The notes under the pieces: model-generated | The model's database searches: none | What the model saw: the letters and a program-made list of their open reading frames with translations, nothing else | Told to the model about the DNA's origin: nothing | Translations under genes and position numbers: made by a program | Source: a virus | Lineage: Duplodnaviria > Caudoviricetes | Strand: one strand, 5' to 3' | Virus record (IMG/VR): IMGVR_UViG_3300045741_000405 | Span: 1-62,458 of that record | Length of the DNA: 62,458 bases | In this document: positions 28,784 to 39,871 of the stretch, in pieces | How the letters are laid out: each line of letters starts with the position of its first letter | Numbering within the stretch: the first letter of the stretch is position 1

Positions 28784-29452
28784 ATGCAAACATGGGCCAT
28801 CTCCCCTCAGTACGCGCATACCGAGTCCGAGACTTATAAGACTCAACAGACTCCATTTGATCTTGGAATGGTCCAAACCAGAGCATATTGGCTCAGACCA
28901 AAGAGACGCTTCCAGCTTCAATGGAATGCAGCAGTTCAATCAGAAGTAGAATCTATTCGTTCATTCTTTAGAGACATCAATGGGCCAGCCGGAGCATTCC
29001 TTTATTCTCCAGCCGATCCTATACCAGCACCTCATCGATCGGGGGACCCGGCTGAATCCACAGCAGGGTCCCTTTCTTTACGCACCTACTATTGGGTAAT
29101 TACCTGGGTGACTGCGAGTGGAGAGACAGGTCCTTCTCCAGAAGGTACGTTTCAAGTATCGGCTAACAAGCTGCTAAATATCACGGTTCCAAAGTTCTTC
29201 TACAAATCCATTACGAAATGTCGAGTCTATGTTGGAACCTCTTCTGGGTCTTACCAGCTTCAGAATGAGGTAACCACATCAGGTGGAACGTTTATCCAGA
29301 ATTCTACTGGGCTTGTTGGTGGGGCAGCTCCACCGACTTCCAATACTGCAAAAGAGACTGTCACGGTACACCTTCAGGATGATTCATTTGATATTCAGAA
29401 GAATACCGCTGTTTCATACGCGATAAATCTAACCTTTGAGGAAATCCCTTGA
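28784..29452 (+). CDS. Distal tail (Dit/gpM-like) protein with inserted domain
   Basis: RRFQLQW...IRSFF...GPAGAFLY...LTFEE; follows the TMP. Confidence 0.65.
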   Translation: MQTWAISPQYAHTESETYKTQQTPFDLGMVQTRAYWLRPKRRFQLQWNAAVQSEVESIRSFFRDINGPAGAFLYSPADPIPAPHRSGDPAESTAGSLSLRTYYWVITWVTASGETGPSPEGTFQVSANKLLNITVPKFFYKSITKCRVYVGTSSGSYQLQNEVTTSGGTFIQNSTGLVGGAAPPTSNTAKETVTVHLQDDSFDIQKNTAVSYAINLTFEEIP

Positions 29453-31407
29453 GTAGCGCAATATCCTCTTTGAACTATACGGCGTTTGCAAAAGCTACCG
29501 TATTTGGAACCTTCACAGCCTCTCAGACTACTCTTACGCTCAATACAAACCATGGGGCTCGTTTGCCGGCTCCGCCTTTTAGATTTGTACTTCGAAACGC
29601 TTCAGACTATCAAGATGCCGCAGATGCGTTTTGGGCTGGGCAAGCTGAGATTTGTGAATGTACCGCCAAGTCAGGGGATACCCTTACTGCAATCGAACGT
29701 GGACTTGAGGGGACGATAGGATTTGTTGGGGTAACTGGAAAGACATACAAACTCGAAGTAACTCCACTTGTTTCCTATGTGGAGACTGTGAATACCCGCC
29801 ATCTTAATCCAAAGTCTCCTGAGTTTGGAGCTAAGGGTGATGGATCAACGGATGATACTGCAGCGATTCAGGCATGTATTGATAAGATTCCAGCTACAGG
29901 TGGGAAGATCATTTTCCCACCTGGGACCTATAAGATCACAGCCTCACTCAAGTATATCCCTTCTACCTTTGCTGCAAGTTCAGGTGGCCTTGTCATCGAA
30001 GGTTCTGGAGTTGATTGTACGGTAATTAAGGGTAATTCCCTCACAAGCGCGGTTCTCAAATCTAAAGATACCACTAATAGGTATTGGAGAATTGCCTTTA
30101 GAGATATCACCATTTCCAATACTTCCAGATACGTTTCTGGTGGTATTGGAGTAGAACTCTCTAAGGTGATGGACTGTAACTTCCACAATGTTCGAATCAA
30201 TGAAGTGGAGACTGGGATCTACGCTAAGGATGAATCCTGGTATAACCTCTTAGACGGTTGCTTTATCCAAGGGTGTATCACCGGAGTTAAGCTCGATAAC
30301 GGTTCATCTACTCCAGCCAATGAGTGGACGTTTAACGGTGGGAAGATTCTCGATACGATCAATGGAATGATTCTTGAGGGGGTCACCAATACCAAAGTAT
30401 TTGGGACATCTTTTGAGACATTTGTAAACGCTCTTCATATCGGGCCGACCGCCAATACCTCGAATACGACCGTTTATTCCTCAAGAATGGAAAACGGTAC
30501 GGCTGGAAGTTCCGTTGGCGTTTCCGCCGTTGCCGATAATGGATCGGGAATATTTCGAGTCACCACGGCATCCGCTCATGGATACTCTACCGGAAATAGA
30601 GTTGCCGTTGTTGGGGCAACTGGGACAGGTTCTTCCACGCTCAATCAGGGTTATGTAGCGACGGTAATTGATTCAACCCATTTGGATCTTCAGGGAGCTA
30701 CCTATTCAGGTCCACCCACAGTTACAAGCGCAGTACTATGGCCTGGATCAGGTCCAGCTATCCCCATTGTTTCCGTGGCCGATAATGGTGGTGGGCTCTT
30801 CAGAGTTACCACCCCATACCCGCATGGGTTGTACACCAACAATCAGGTGAAGGTAACCGGGTCAACTGGAACTGGATCATCGAACCTGAACAATACTCGA
30901 ACAATCACAGTAATCAGCTCAACGACATTTGATCTCGTTGGGTCTACTTATTCAGGTCCACCAGCTACCACAGCAGCTCAAATTTGGGGGGCTGGAATCC
31001 AGATCTTCTCTGGATCTACTTACCCAATGATCATGCAACCACACATGGTTTTTGCTGGAAGTACTCAGAAGATTTTGGGGGTATTCCCATCTGCTTCAAA
31101 TGTTTTTATGCAGGGGCTTCGCAAGGAAGCTGTTGGATCCTCGTCTTCCACAGGAACAATCACACTAGACGTAGCCAATGTATCTTGGATTATTGGGAAT
31201 GCCGGTTCAGCTACTACAGTAACTGATTTCGTGAATGGGTACACTTTCCAAGTGATTGGGTTTATTCCTACGACTGCAAACTACACACTCCAACACAATG
31301 CTTCTTCTGGAATTTTTACGAATACAGCGGCAAATAAAACTCTTGCAGCGAATCAAACTACCTTCTTTGTTAATCACAGCGGACTATGGCGGGAACTTAA
31401 ACTCTAA
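29449..31407 (+). CDS. Tail spike with pectate-lyase-like beta-helix
   Basis: FGAKGDGSTDDTAAIQACID...GGKIIFPPGTY; two VTT...HG...G..V repeat domains. Confidence 0.75.
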   Translation: MSSAISSLNYTAFAKATVFGTFTASQTTLTLNTNHGARLPAPPFRFVLRNASDYQDAADAFWAGQAEICECTAKSGDTLTAIERGLEGTIGFVGVTGKTYKLEVTPLVSYVETVNTRHLNPKSPEFGAKGDGSTDDTAAIQACIDKIPATGGKIIFPPGTYKITASLKYIPSTFAASSGGLVIEGSGVDCTVIKGNSLTSAVLKSKDTTNRYWRIAFRDITISNTSRYVSGGIGVELSKVMDCNFHNVRINEVETGIYAKDESWYNLLDGCFIQGCITGVKLDNGSSTPANEWTFNGGKILDTINGMILEGVTNTKVFGTSFETFVNALHIGPTANTSNTTVYSSRMENGTAGSSVGVSAVADNGSGIFRVTTASAHGYSTGNRVAVVGATGTGSSTLNQGYVATVIDSTHLDLQGATYSGPPTVTSAVLWPGSGPAIPIVSVADNGGGLFRVTTPYPHGLYTNNQVKVTGSTGTGSSNLNNTRTITVISSTTFDLVGSTYSGPPATTAAQIWGAGIQIFSGSTYPMIMQPHMVFAGSTQKILGVFPSASNVFMQGLRKEAVGSSSSTGTITLDVANVSWIIGNAGSATTVTDFVNGYTFQVIGFIPTTANYTLQHNASSGIFTNTAANKTLAANQTTFFVNHSGLWRELKL

Positions 31408-31425
31408 TTATTCCTAGGAATAATC

Positions 31426-32769
31426 ATGCTGGGATCTGGAGCTATTGGGGTTGGTGCGATTGGTTCTTCGATTGTGTATTCGAAGACCATCTCCTCTCGT
31501 CTGCTTCAATCAGATATTCTTGGTGCTATAGACACAATGAACCAAGAGGGGATTTGGGCACACCTTTTTGAAGTAAATGTGGATAGCACCACAGTTCTAT
31601 ACCTCACAGATTTCCATGATCCTATCATCTACAATTCCACTACATATACCCCCTATCCCATCGCTATCGAAGCGGTCACTACTACGGCAAAACCCGAGAA
31701 CAAAACCTTCACGGTTACCGTAGCAAACATCGATCGAAGCATTGCCGCTTACTTAGAGCTTGGGAAAATTCTTGGGAATGACGTCAAAATCATTTGGGCA
31801 TTTATTCGAAAGGCAGACGGAGAAGTTCTCAAAGGGTACCAAGATATCTATCAAATTCTTTCTGGGGAAATTAACGAGGATAAAGCCGCTGCCGTATTTG
31901 AGGTTGGTAAGTACAATCTCTTTAAAGCGAAACTCCCGCATACACGTTGGATTGATTTCCGTTGTGGCTTTGTCTACCGATCCATCAATGAATGTGGATA
32001 TGGGCGAGAAGAATTCAAAGGGCTTTCCCAGCTTGATTTTAAGCAGGGTGGTGACGGGTATAAAAACGTTCAAGGTTGGTATGCACTTAACCTGGCTAAT
32101 TGCACCTCCGCTGATATCAACGTCCTAGACGCAGATTATCTGAGTATTCGGATTGCCACTTCAGTTAACTGCAACTGGAATCAAACCACAAAAACAGGTC
32201 CGTTCTTCTACCGAAAGCTTCTTTGTTCCGACGTCATTAACGTACTTCCTGATTTCGATATCCAGGTTCTTATGGGTGGTGACCCCAATGAGGTGCAAGA
32301 AACAGAAGGACTACTTATCTGTACTGATTCAGATTCAACATCGAATTGGGTATTTATCGCCAGAAGAGTTCTATCCGGTTCAACGGCTTCTTTGGTGATA
32401 ATGAAGAACCTTGCCGGAACTGAAACTACTGAATATTCCACTGGGGCAGATAACCTCAATCTTAGGGTAGTAAAATCAGGAACCTCATTCGTCTGTTACG
32501 CGAAGGCTAATGACGCAGCAGCTACTTGGGTTCAGTTAGTTTCAGTAACGCAAGCAAACCTCAATGGAGTAAATCTACGTGTTGGAATTGCCTTTGGTTC
32601 CGGTGCCTCTGGAAGATCGTCCATATTCGCAGGAAGAGCAGATTACTTTCGCATGGTCTCTGGAGGGTACCGAACCTGCAATCGAACCATAGAGGACTGT
32701 AGAACACGGGAGAATATCAGACGAATTGATGCGGCCCCATCGATCCTACATGGCGCATTGAATCTCTGA
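31426..32769 (+). CDS. Minor tail protein (lambda gpL-like) with inserted beta domain
   Basis: YTPYPI, VTVANIDR; split Cys cluster CGFVYRSINECGY...CNRTIEDC. Confidence 0.7.
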   Translation: MLGSGAIGVGAIGSSIVYSKTISSRLLQSDILGAIDTMNQEGIWAHLFEVNVDSTTVLYLTDFHDPIIYNSTTYTPYPIAIEAVTTTAKPENKTFTVTVANIDRSIAAYLELGKILGNDVKIIWAFIRKADGEVLKGYQDIYQILSGEINEDKAAAVFEVGKYNLFKAKLPHTRWIDFRCGFVYRSINECGYGREEFKGLSQLDFKQGGDGYKNVQGWYALNLANCTSADINVLDADYLSIRIATSVNCNWNQTTKTGPFFYRKLLCSDVINVLPDFDIQVLMGGDPNEVQETEGLLICTDSDSTSNWVFIARRVLSGSTASLVIMKNLAGTETTEYSTGADNLNLRVVKSGTSFVCYAKANDAAATWVQLVSVTQANLNGVNLRVGIAFGSGASGRSSIFAGRADYFRMVSGGYRTCNRTIEDCRTRENIRRIDAAPSILHGALNL

Positions 32770-32784
32770 TTATTCCTAGGAATA

Positions 32785-33273
32785 ATGAGTATCCTACCCC
32801 CTCCCCAAAGCATTGAACGAACTATTACGCATCTAAAGAACATTGCCCAATCCATGATTGGGATTCCCTACAAGCATTTAGGGAGAGATCCCAAGGTGGG
32901 TTTAGATTGTTGGGGTTGTGTGATTGAATTCTATAAACGTGTTGGGGTTTCTCTTCCAGACCCTATCAGTAGCTACTCTCGGGATTGGTACAAATCTGAT
33001 TCCTATATTTGGGAGAACCAATCCAAGTACTTCTCTGTGGAATGCTTCCCAGCACCTTCCTATATTGCAGTTCAGAAAATTAGCGCTCCAGTTCCAAATC
33101 ATCTTTCAGTGGTGATTGACCACACGTATGTTTTGAATTCCTCGGATAACTTTGGAGTTCATTTTCTTCGTTTGTTTTCCATTCGGAAATACATCGTGAA
33201 TTACCTTAGAATAGACGCCTTGAAGATTCGAGATGATCTCGACACCACGATTATTCCTAGGAATAAAGCATGA
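32785..33273 (+). CDS. NlpC/P60 tail-associated peptidase (gpK-like)
   Basis: IGIPYKHLGR...GLDCWG...NHLSV. Confidence 0.85.
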   Translation: MSILPPPQSIERTITHLKNIAQSMIGIPYKHLGRDPKVGLDCWGCVIEFYKRVGVSLPDPISSYSRDWYKSDSYIWENQSKYFSVECFPAPSYIAVQKISAPVPNHLSVVIDHTYVLNSSDNFGVHFLRLFSIRKYIVNYLRIDALKIRDDLDTTIIPRNKA

Positions 33274-36200
33274 TCTCACTTATCGAGAATTATTCCTTTA
33301 AGCAAGATGTCCGGACGGAGTTAGACGGGAGAGAATGGAACGGGCGTCCAATTCTCGATCTTATTCCTGAGGAATATCAGTACTCCCCGAACTTGACGCT
33401 CCAAGTCTGCCAGAATTTGGATAGCCTCACAGTTGAGGATCTCGCCGTTCGGGTTCTTGCAGACGGCGACTCTATCCGTATTCGGATTATTCCAAAGGCG
33501 GATATTATAACCGTAGCTTTTGTAGTCCAGCTTATTATTGGCCTTGCTGTTGGGTATGCCATCAGCGCCATCATCAATGCCATTATTGGTCCGCCTAAAA
33601 AGCCCAAGAAGGATTTAGAAGAATCAGCTACTTATGATTTCGATACAGCGCAGAACACCACCAGGAATGGAACGGCAATTTCGGTGGTGTACGGGCAGAT
33701 CCGTGTAGCCGGACAAATCCTTCTTGCCAAGACTAGTACCCGCACAGATGGAAAAGTAGCGGTACGTATGTTGATTGGGCTTGGAGAAGGTGGAGATTAT
33801 GGGTGGCAGTCCATTTGTGGATTCTCAGCAGATCAAAACGTAGTTGCTCCATCTGATTCATTAGAGATTAATGGAAACGTAGCTTCTACGTATCAAGGCG
33901 TAGTGATGTCCACCCGTCTTGGATCACCGCATCAAGGAATCATAGCGAACTTCACAGATAGCGTTATTCGAACTCAAAATTTGGATATCCTCCTCACTTC
34001 CGGCAACGAACAAATTTATTCCGGAGTGAATCCAGTTGATTCGACTGAGATCAAACTTAGATTCCCGAATGGTCTATTCGCCCTTTCCTCGAAGGGGAAT
34101 CTCACTTCCAAAACGGTTACGATTGACATTCGGTATCGTACTTCAGGTGGATCATTTGGTAGTCCAACGACTGTCACCATCACTCGGTCTACCAGACAGG
34201 AATTTACTTATTCCTACAGAATAGATGGAAGGAATAAGACGATTACGGATGTCGGGGTAAAACGTATAACGGCGGATGACGTTGGGGTTAACTCCGTTTC
34301 CATAGTGAATTTTTACGAAGCGAACGAGATCACCAACGATGATCTTGCGTATCCGAATAAGGTTCTTGTTGGAATCGATGCTCTTGCTACCGATCAACTG
34401 CACGGCAATCAGCCATCTATCTCCTGCCTCGTCCAAGGGCTCAAGGTAAGGGTTTACTCAGACGTTGATACTTATAGTCCGATATGGACACAAAACCCTT
34501 CCTGGATCATTTTGGACCTATTGACGAACAAACGGTATGGGCTTGGGCAGCACATCAGTATTTCAGATTGTGACATTCAATCCTTCATTGATTTTGCTGC
34601 CTTCTGTGACTATCTCGTCCCAGTTCCCGGTGGTGCATCGGAACCGAGATGTAGATGCAATATTGTTATCGACACGATCAAAGACGCTTGGGATTGGATC
34701 TATGAGATAGCACAAACATCTTTCGCATCTATTTTTTCTATTGGTGGGGTTTATCGAATTAAGGCTGATACGACCGGAAGTCCGGTAATGATGTTTACCC
34801 CTGGGAATACCAAGAATGTAGTTTTTGGGTACACGCCACCGAGAGATCGAATCAATTATGTTGAGGCGTCATTTCCGAATGAATCGATCGATTACGCGCA
34901 TGACTATGTGGTTGGGCTTGATCCCTCTGTTGTGGATACGAACCTCTACGTAAAAGAGAGTACTGAATTTCTTTCTATTACCAGAAGGACTCAAGCTCTT
35001 AGGTTGTCCAATTACAGAATCAATGCCAACACATTACTCACGAGGTATGCCAGTTGGGAATCTGACATTGCCGCAATGCGGTGTGAACCCAATGATATTG
35101 TGGAGCTTGGGCATGATTCCGCAGCATGGGGACTTTATTCCGGGATAGTTCAAACCGCAGGAACGGCGGATATTACCGTTGATCGTGAGATTACGTTTGT
35201 TGGTGGGCATACTTATTTAGTTCGGGTATTCCATTCCGATGGTTCATTTGAGTCTAAGACGATATCCCAATCTGCTGGGACATACACCAGATTTGGAATC
35301 GTTGGAAGTTGGGATCAGGTCCCGCAGCAATATAGACCCTATTGGATAGGTGAGCAGACTTCATCGATCAAACAATTCAAGGTCATGGAAACCACCATGA
35401 ACCCTGATATGACGGTGAAGATCTATGCGATTGAGTACAATCCACTTGCCTATGCCGATACGATTATTGCCCAACCAACGCAAGTACCGGAGATAGGGTT
35501 TAATCCCGGTGAGTTCCCACCAGATGTAACTAATCTATCTGTGAAAGAACGAGTCTATATCAATCCAGATGGTTCACTAACTCGGGCGATTGATGTTTCC
35601 TTTAACCCACCGGTATCTCCGATTTATGCCCATGCGGATATTTGGATTAAATTCCATGCCGATGCTACTTGGCCGATTACGCCATCGGTATCGGTTGTTA
35701 AGGGTGGTTATTTCCAAGTTCCTGGAGCCTACGACGTAGGGACAGTCTTAGACGTAGCGGTATCATCAGCTTCAGTCTTCGGAATAAGGAAGCATCCCTC
35801 CCTTTCCCCACAAGTCACAATCACACTTGCGAATTCTACCACTGTTCCAGCAGACGTGACTGGATTCACCGTTGTTCGATATGGTGACAATCTGGCCTTT
35901 AGCTGGACTGCGAATGTCGATGCGGATATCGATTATTACGAGATTCGAAATTCAACAATCAATACATGGGTTTCATCTCAGCTTATATCGAAGGTTTCAG
36001 CTACAGCATTTGATACCCCGATTTTCTTTGCCTCTACTTCTTCGTACACTACGTACTACCTAATTAAAGCGGTGAATACTTCGGCAAATTCTTCCGCGAA
36101 TGCTGCCTCAGTAACTCTTACGATAGATCCGAAGGTCAACCAGAACATTGTCATTTACGGAGATTACCGTAGAGGCACTGGAACGAATCTCACGATAGCC

Positions 36201-36881
36201 GCTGATTGGGCTACAGGTACGATTACCAATTTCGATCTTACTGGATCTACTCCAAAGACACTTGGAGTACATACCGTTGGCACTCAATCTGTCTTTGAAA
36301 CAAACGAAATAGATATTGGATCGATTCTTAGATCCAGAGTAACGGTTTATGCGGTTGGGCAACAGATTGATCCCACATTGGATTGGTCACACGCCTCATT
36401 TACTTGGGATCAAGGTAATCTCAGGAATTGGACTGGACCGATTGGAACATCGAATATCGCTATTCAGCTTCAATGGAAATTTGGGAATACTACTGGATCA
36501 GGGTCCTATGCTCCATTTATCCCTCAAGAAGCCACTTTTAGGTACGCACGGTTTAAAGTTCTTTTCGACGTAACAGACACTCAGTATGATGGGGAGTTAG
36601 TGGAGTTCCAAGTCACGATCGATGTTCCAGATATCATTGATCACCAAACTGTTACCGTGACAAATGGAACAGGGACGATCACGTATGGGAAATCATTTAC
36701 CCAATCGGCAAAAATCTCAAAGGAAGTGAACATCAAAGATGGGAGACAGGGGGATTATTACGCGATCTCTTCCGAAACGAATTCTGGATTTACGATCACG
36801 ATCTATGATCAATCCGGAGTTCAACTTGGCACTGGATCGAATAATAATCGAACCGTTGATGTTTTGGCCAAGGGGTACTGA
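33270..36881 (+). CDS. Central tail tip / host specificity protein (gpI+gpJ-like)
   Basis: ISVVYGQIRVAG, GLGEG, NPSWIILDLLTNKRYGLG, FN3-like domains. Confidence 0.88.
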   Translation: MISLIENYSFKQDVRTELDGREWNGRPILDLIPEEYQYSPNLTLQVCQNLDSLTVEDLAVRVLADGDSIRIRIIPKADIITVAFVVQLIIGLAVGYAISAIINAIIGPPKKPKKDLEESATYDFDTAQNTTRNGTAISVVYGQIRVAGQILLAKTSTRTDGKVAVRMLIGLGEGGDYGWQSICGFSADQNVVAPSDSLEINGNVASTYQGVVMSTRLGSPHQGIIANFTDSVIRTQNLDILLTSGNEQIYSGVNPVDSTEIKLRFPNGLFALSSKGNLTSKTVTIDIRYRTSGGSFGSPTTVTITRSTRQEFTYSYRIDGRNKTITDVGVKRITADDVGVNSVSIVNFYEANEITNDDLAYPNKVLVGIDALATDQLHGNQPSISCLVQGLKVRVYSDVDTYSPIWTQNPSWIILDLLTNKRYGLGQHISISDCDIQSFIDFAAFCDYLVPVPGGASEPRCRCNIVIDTIKDAWDWIYEIAQTSFASIFSIGGVYRIKADTTGSPVMMFTPGNTKNVVFGYTPPRDRINYVEASFPNESIDYAHDYVVGLDPSVVDTNLYVKESTEFLSITRRTQALRLSNYRINANTLLTRYASWESDIAAMRCEPNDIVELGHDSAAWGLYSGIVQTAGTADITVDREITFVGGHTYLVRVFHSDGSFESKTISQSAGTYTRFGIVGSWDQVPQQYRPYWIGEQTSSIKQFKVMETTMNPDMTVKIYAIEYNPLAYADTIIAQPTQVPEIGFNPGEFPPDVTNLSVKERVYINPDGSLTRAIDVSFNPPVSPIYAHADIWIKFHADATWPITPSVSVVKGGYFQVPGAYDVGTVLDVAVSSASVFGIRKHPSLSPQVTITLANSTTVPADVTGFTVVRYGDNLAFSWTANVDADIDYYEIRNSTINTWVSSQLISKVSATAFDTPIFFASTSSYTTYYLIKAVNTSANSSANAASVTLTIDPKVNQNIVIYGDYRRGTGTNLTIAADWATGTITNFDLTGSTPKTLGVHTVGTQSVFETNEIDIGSILRSRVTVYAVGQQIDPTLDWSHASFTWDQGNLRNWTGPIGTSNIAIQLQWKFGNTTGSGSYAPFIPQEATFRYARFKVLFDVTDTQYDGELVEFQVTIDVPDIIDHQTVTVTNGTGTITYGKSFTQSAKISKEVNIKDGRQGDYYAISSETNSGFTITIYDQSGVQLGTGSNNNRTVDVLAKGY

Positions 36882-36899
36882 TTATTCCTAGGAATAATT

Positions 36900-37337
36900 A
36901 TGGCGTACAAGATTGAACGGTACTCAGTAACAGTTGGCTCCAACTCTTTGAGTCTCCCAAAGAGCGCAAATATCATCGGCGTTCAGGACGATGCTGGAAC
37001 GAAGTACATCATTGTTCTTTACGATGACACTCTTGTTGGGACTGATTCCCGTACCATTGTTTACGGTGATGGAACCAACGTAACTACTTCCAATGGAAGT
37101 ATTCATCTTGCAGGTAATTTAAGGCAGATTTACGAGCCGTGGCTTGCTCCAGGAACTCCCGGAGCACATGCCGCGACGCACCAACATGGTGGTGGAGACG
37201 AGGTGGCTACGGTAACTCCTACCGCCAATGCTATCCCTAAAGCCAAAGCAGACGGAACACTTGATTCCGGGTGGCTTGGGGGTGGTGGTGGGGGTTTGAC
37301 ACAAGCTCAGATATTAGCCCGAGGTTTAGGCGCATGA
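36900..37337 (+). CDS. Tail-associated protein
   Basis: HAATHQHGGGDE motif typical of fibre proteins; ATGA-coupled to the next gene. Confidence 0.6.
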   Translation: MAYKIERYSVTVGSNSLSLPKSANIIGVQDDAGTKYIIVLYDDTLVGTDSRTIVYGDGTNVTTSNGSIHLAGNLRQIYEPWLAPGTPGAHAATHQHGGGDEVATVTPTANAIPKAKADGTLDSGWLGGGGGGLTQAQILARGLGA

Positions 37338-39871
37338 TTATTCTGGATGCCACCACAGACACCATCAAAGCAGTTCTTGGTGGGACTGTAACAACGAATC
37401 AACTTCAATGTGTTGCGGCGTGGAGAGACATTACCACTTCCGCCTACACACCTGGAAAGACCGTAATCAACACCAACAACACCACGGACGTTACCGTTGT
37501 TGGCTCTCCCGCTGCGTCTACCCAAAGAGTGGTGGACTATCTTTCGATTCACAATAAGGATACGGTTTCTCAAACTGTAACGATCAAGTTTGACGCGAAT
37601 GGCACTCAGTACATTTTATGGAAGGGGACCATTGCGGCGGATAAGAAAATTGAGTACCAAGATGGGATTGGGTTTCACGATCCTTTTGCTACGGCAGGAG
37701 GGGGAGCTGCTGATGGATATAACATCCTTGCGGCTGGAACACAGACTGCTAATACTACCGGAACAGTAAATTTCGCAAATTCAAATGGCATTTCATTCGG
37801 AATGTCTAATAGCTCTCAGATAACGGCGAGCTATACGGTCCCATCTACGGCTGGACTTGTCTCAGCCGTGAATATTTCAGCAGGTACTACCAATTCGAAT
37901 CTGTCCAATTTTTCTTTTAAGGACACTAACGGTATTTCATTTGGGCTTAGTGCCGGATCGATCATATCCGCATCTGTAGCTACCAGTCTTACAAATGTCA
38001 ACGTATCTGCCGGAACGACGTCGAATAATTTATCGGCGATGGTTTTCTCAAACTCAAATAATGTCTCATTCGGATTAAATGGATCTACGGTAACTGCCAC
38101 AATCACCGTTCCTTCTCAAACGAATCAAACTGTTGGTTTATATGCGTCTTCGAATACCACTTTAACTTCCTCGGGAACCGCAGATGCTCGAAGTCTTTCA
38201 TTCCGAGGAATAGGTGGAGTTACTGTAGGATATTCTGCTAATGAGCTTCTTCTTTCTGGCGTAACTACGGGAGGGCTTGTTTCCGCAGTAAATATCTCCG
38301 CTGGAACTACCAATTCAAATTTGTCTAACTTTTCATTCAAAGATACCAACGGTGTTTCATTTGGATTAAGCGCCGGTTCGATCATCTCAGCTTCGGTGGC
38401 TACCAGTCTTACTGCGGTTAAGATTTCCGCTGGAACTGCCTCAGCGAATCTTTCCGCTTTGACTTTCTTTGATTCAAACAATGTATCCTTTGGATTTAAC
38501 GCTTCAACCGTTACGGCTACCGCAAGCTTTCCAGCGCAGACCAATCAGACTATTGGAATTTATGGTTCCTCGAATACCACCCTAACTTCTTCTGGGACGA
38601 TTGATGCTAGAAGCCTTTCGATACGTGGGGTTGGCATTATCAGCGTTGGTTATTCATCGAACGAGATAGTTCTTTCGGTTCCATCCGGTGGTGGCGGAGA
38701 CGGGTTTAACCAAGCTGGGTTTACCAATTCTACTGCGAATTCAAACATGTCCTTGGTATGGGCTGGAAATAGCAATGGAAGTGGGAATCTAACTTTTGGA
38801 CTAACTGGATCTACCATTACCGGATCCGCAGCACTGAGTGGTATCGGAGCTGGTGTATCCAATCTGGGCAATACCGCTGGGTCCACAGGAACGGTGACCA
38901 CTGGGAATGTGGTTTTTGTCGGTAGTAACGGGATTACTCTTTCACAGTCTACTGGAGCCGCTGGAAGTAACGCTACGATTACTATCATGCGGAATCCTCC
39001 CACGTCATATTTTGAACCTCCAATGCGTGGGCAGACTCTCACGGGAACTCAGGCAAACGGAACTGTCTATGTCCAACCATTTTGGTTGGAAGAAGCGCAT
39101 ACGATGTACCGTATGCAGATTTTGCAGAGTGTTTCAACACAATCTGCAACCACTTGCTCTTTGTCCTATTCCTTTTCTAGCCAGACAAGTTCCAATGCGA
39201 ATAATACCTGGGGACAATCTGGAACCGTATTACTCTATTCAAGAGTCTCCACTGGGACAAACGCAAGTAGTTCCCAATTGGTTAGCTTCTTCTCGGCTTC
39301 CTACTCCCATTCCGTAGGAATATCTCATTCGATTACTTGGTCTACCAATGCTAGTTCTGCCACTGCCTCGTTCACCTCCACTGGGCAGGTTCAATACAAT
39401 TCAAGTATTGATAGCGTTGGTGGGCTTACCACAAGTTCCTTCAGTACAAGCGGATCAGGAAGTACAAGCAGTACTTCAACAAATCAAAATAGCTCCTCAT
39501 GGAGCCATATCAATTCCTTCCTAAGCTCGGTTATGTCAGGATTGAGGCCGATTTTAATTCCTTTCGCCACGTCTCTTACTCCGGGGGAATATTGGCTCGC
39601 ACATATCCAATCCTCAGCTTCGGGAACTACGAACTATAACCATTCACGAGTTGTCAGTATCCAACCGCAGCTTATTTGTTACAGTACCGTTACAGCGAAT
39701 ATTGCAGAGATAGGAGGTACCGCAACGCTTGCATCTTCTAATATAATTCAAGGATGGGGTAGCTATAGCGCGAGTTCAAATACCTCAGCGGCTTCTGGTA
39801 TTCCACATACGGCGATTAGCCCGAATTCGCAGCTTCAAACATGGTTCAATATGATGGCATGGGTGAAATGA
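37334..39871 (+). CDS. Ser/Thr-rich tail fibre-like protein with internal repeats
   Basis: ISAGTT...SNL...F...N.VSFGL repeats; ~140-aa duplication; start likely 37334. Confidence 0.7.
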   Translation: MIILDATTDTIKAVLGGTVTTNQLQCVAAWRDITTSAYTPGKTVINTNNTTDVTVVGSPAASTQRVVDYLSIHNKDTVSQTVTIKFDANGTQYILWKGTIAADKKIEYQDGIGFHDPFATAGGGAADGYNILAAGTQTANTTGTVNFANSNGISFGMSNSSQITASYTVPSTAGLVSAVNISAGTTNSNLSNFSFKDTNGISFGLSAGSIISASVATSLTNVNVSAGTTSNNLSAMVFSNSNNVSFGLNGSTVTATITVPSQTNQTVGLYASSNTTLTSSGTADARSLSFRGIGGVTVGYSANELLLSGVTTGGLVSAVNISAGTTNSNLSNFSFKDTNGVSFGLSAGSIISASVATSLTAVKISAGTASANLSALTFFDSNNVSFGFNASTVTATASFPAQTNQTIGIYGSSNTTLTSSGTIDARSLSIRGVGIISVGYSSNEIVLSVPSGGGGDGFNQAGFTNSTANSNMSLVWAGNSNGSGNLTFGLTGSTITGSAALSGIGAGVSNLGNTAGSTGTVTTGNVVFVGSNGITLSQSTGAAGSNATITIMRNPPTSYFEPPMRGQTLTGTQANGTVYVQPFWLEEAHTMYRMQILQSVSTQSATTCSLSYSFSSQTSSNANNTWGQSGTVLLYSRVSTGTNASSSQLVSFFSASYSHSVGISHSITWSTNASSATASFTSTGQVQYNSSIDSVGGLTTSSFSTSGSGSTSSTSTNQNSSSWSHINSFLSSVMSGLRPILIPFATSLTPGEYWLAHIQSSASGTTNYNHSRVVSIQPQLICYSTVTANIAEIGGTATLASSNIIQGWGSYSASSNTSAASGIPHTAISPNSQLQTWFNMMAWVK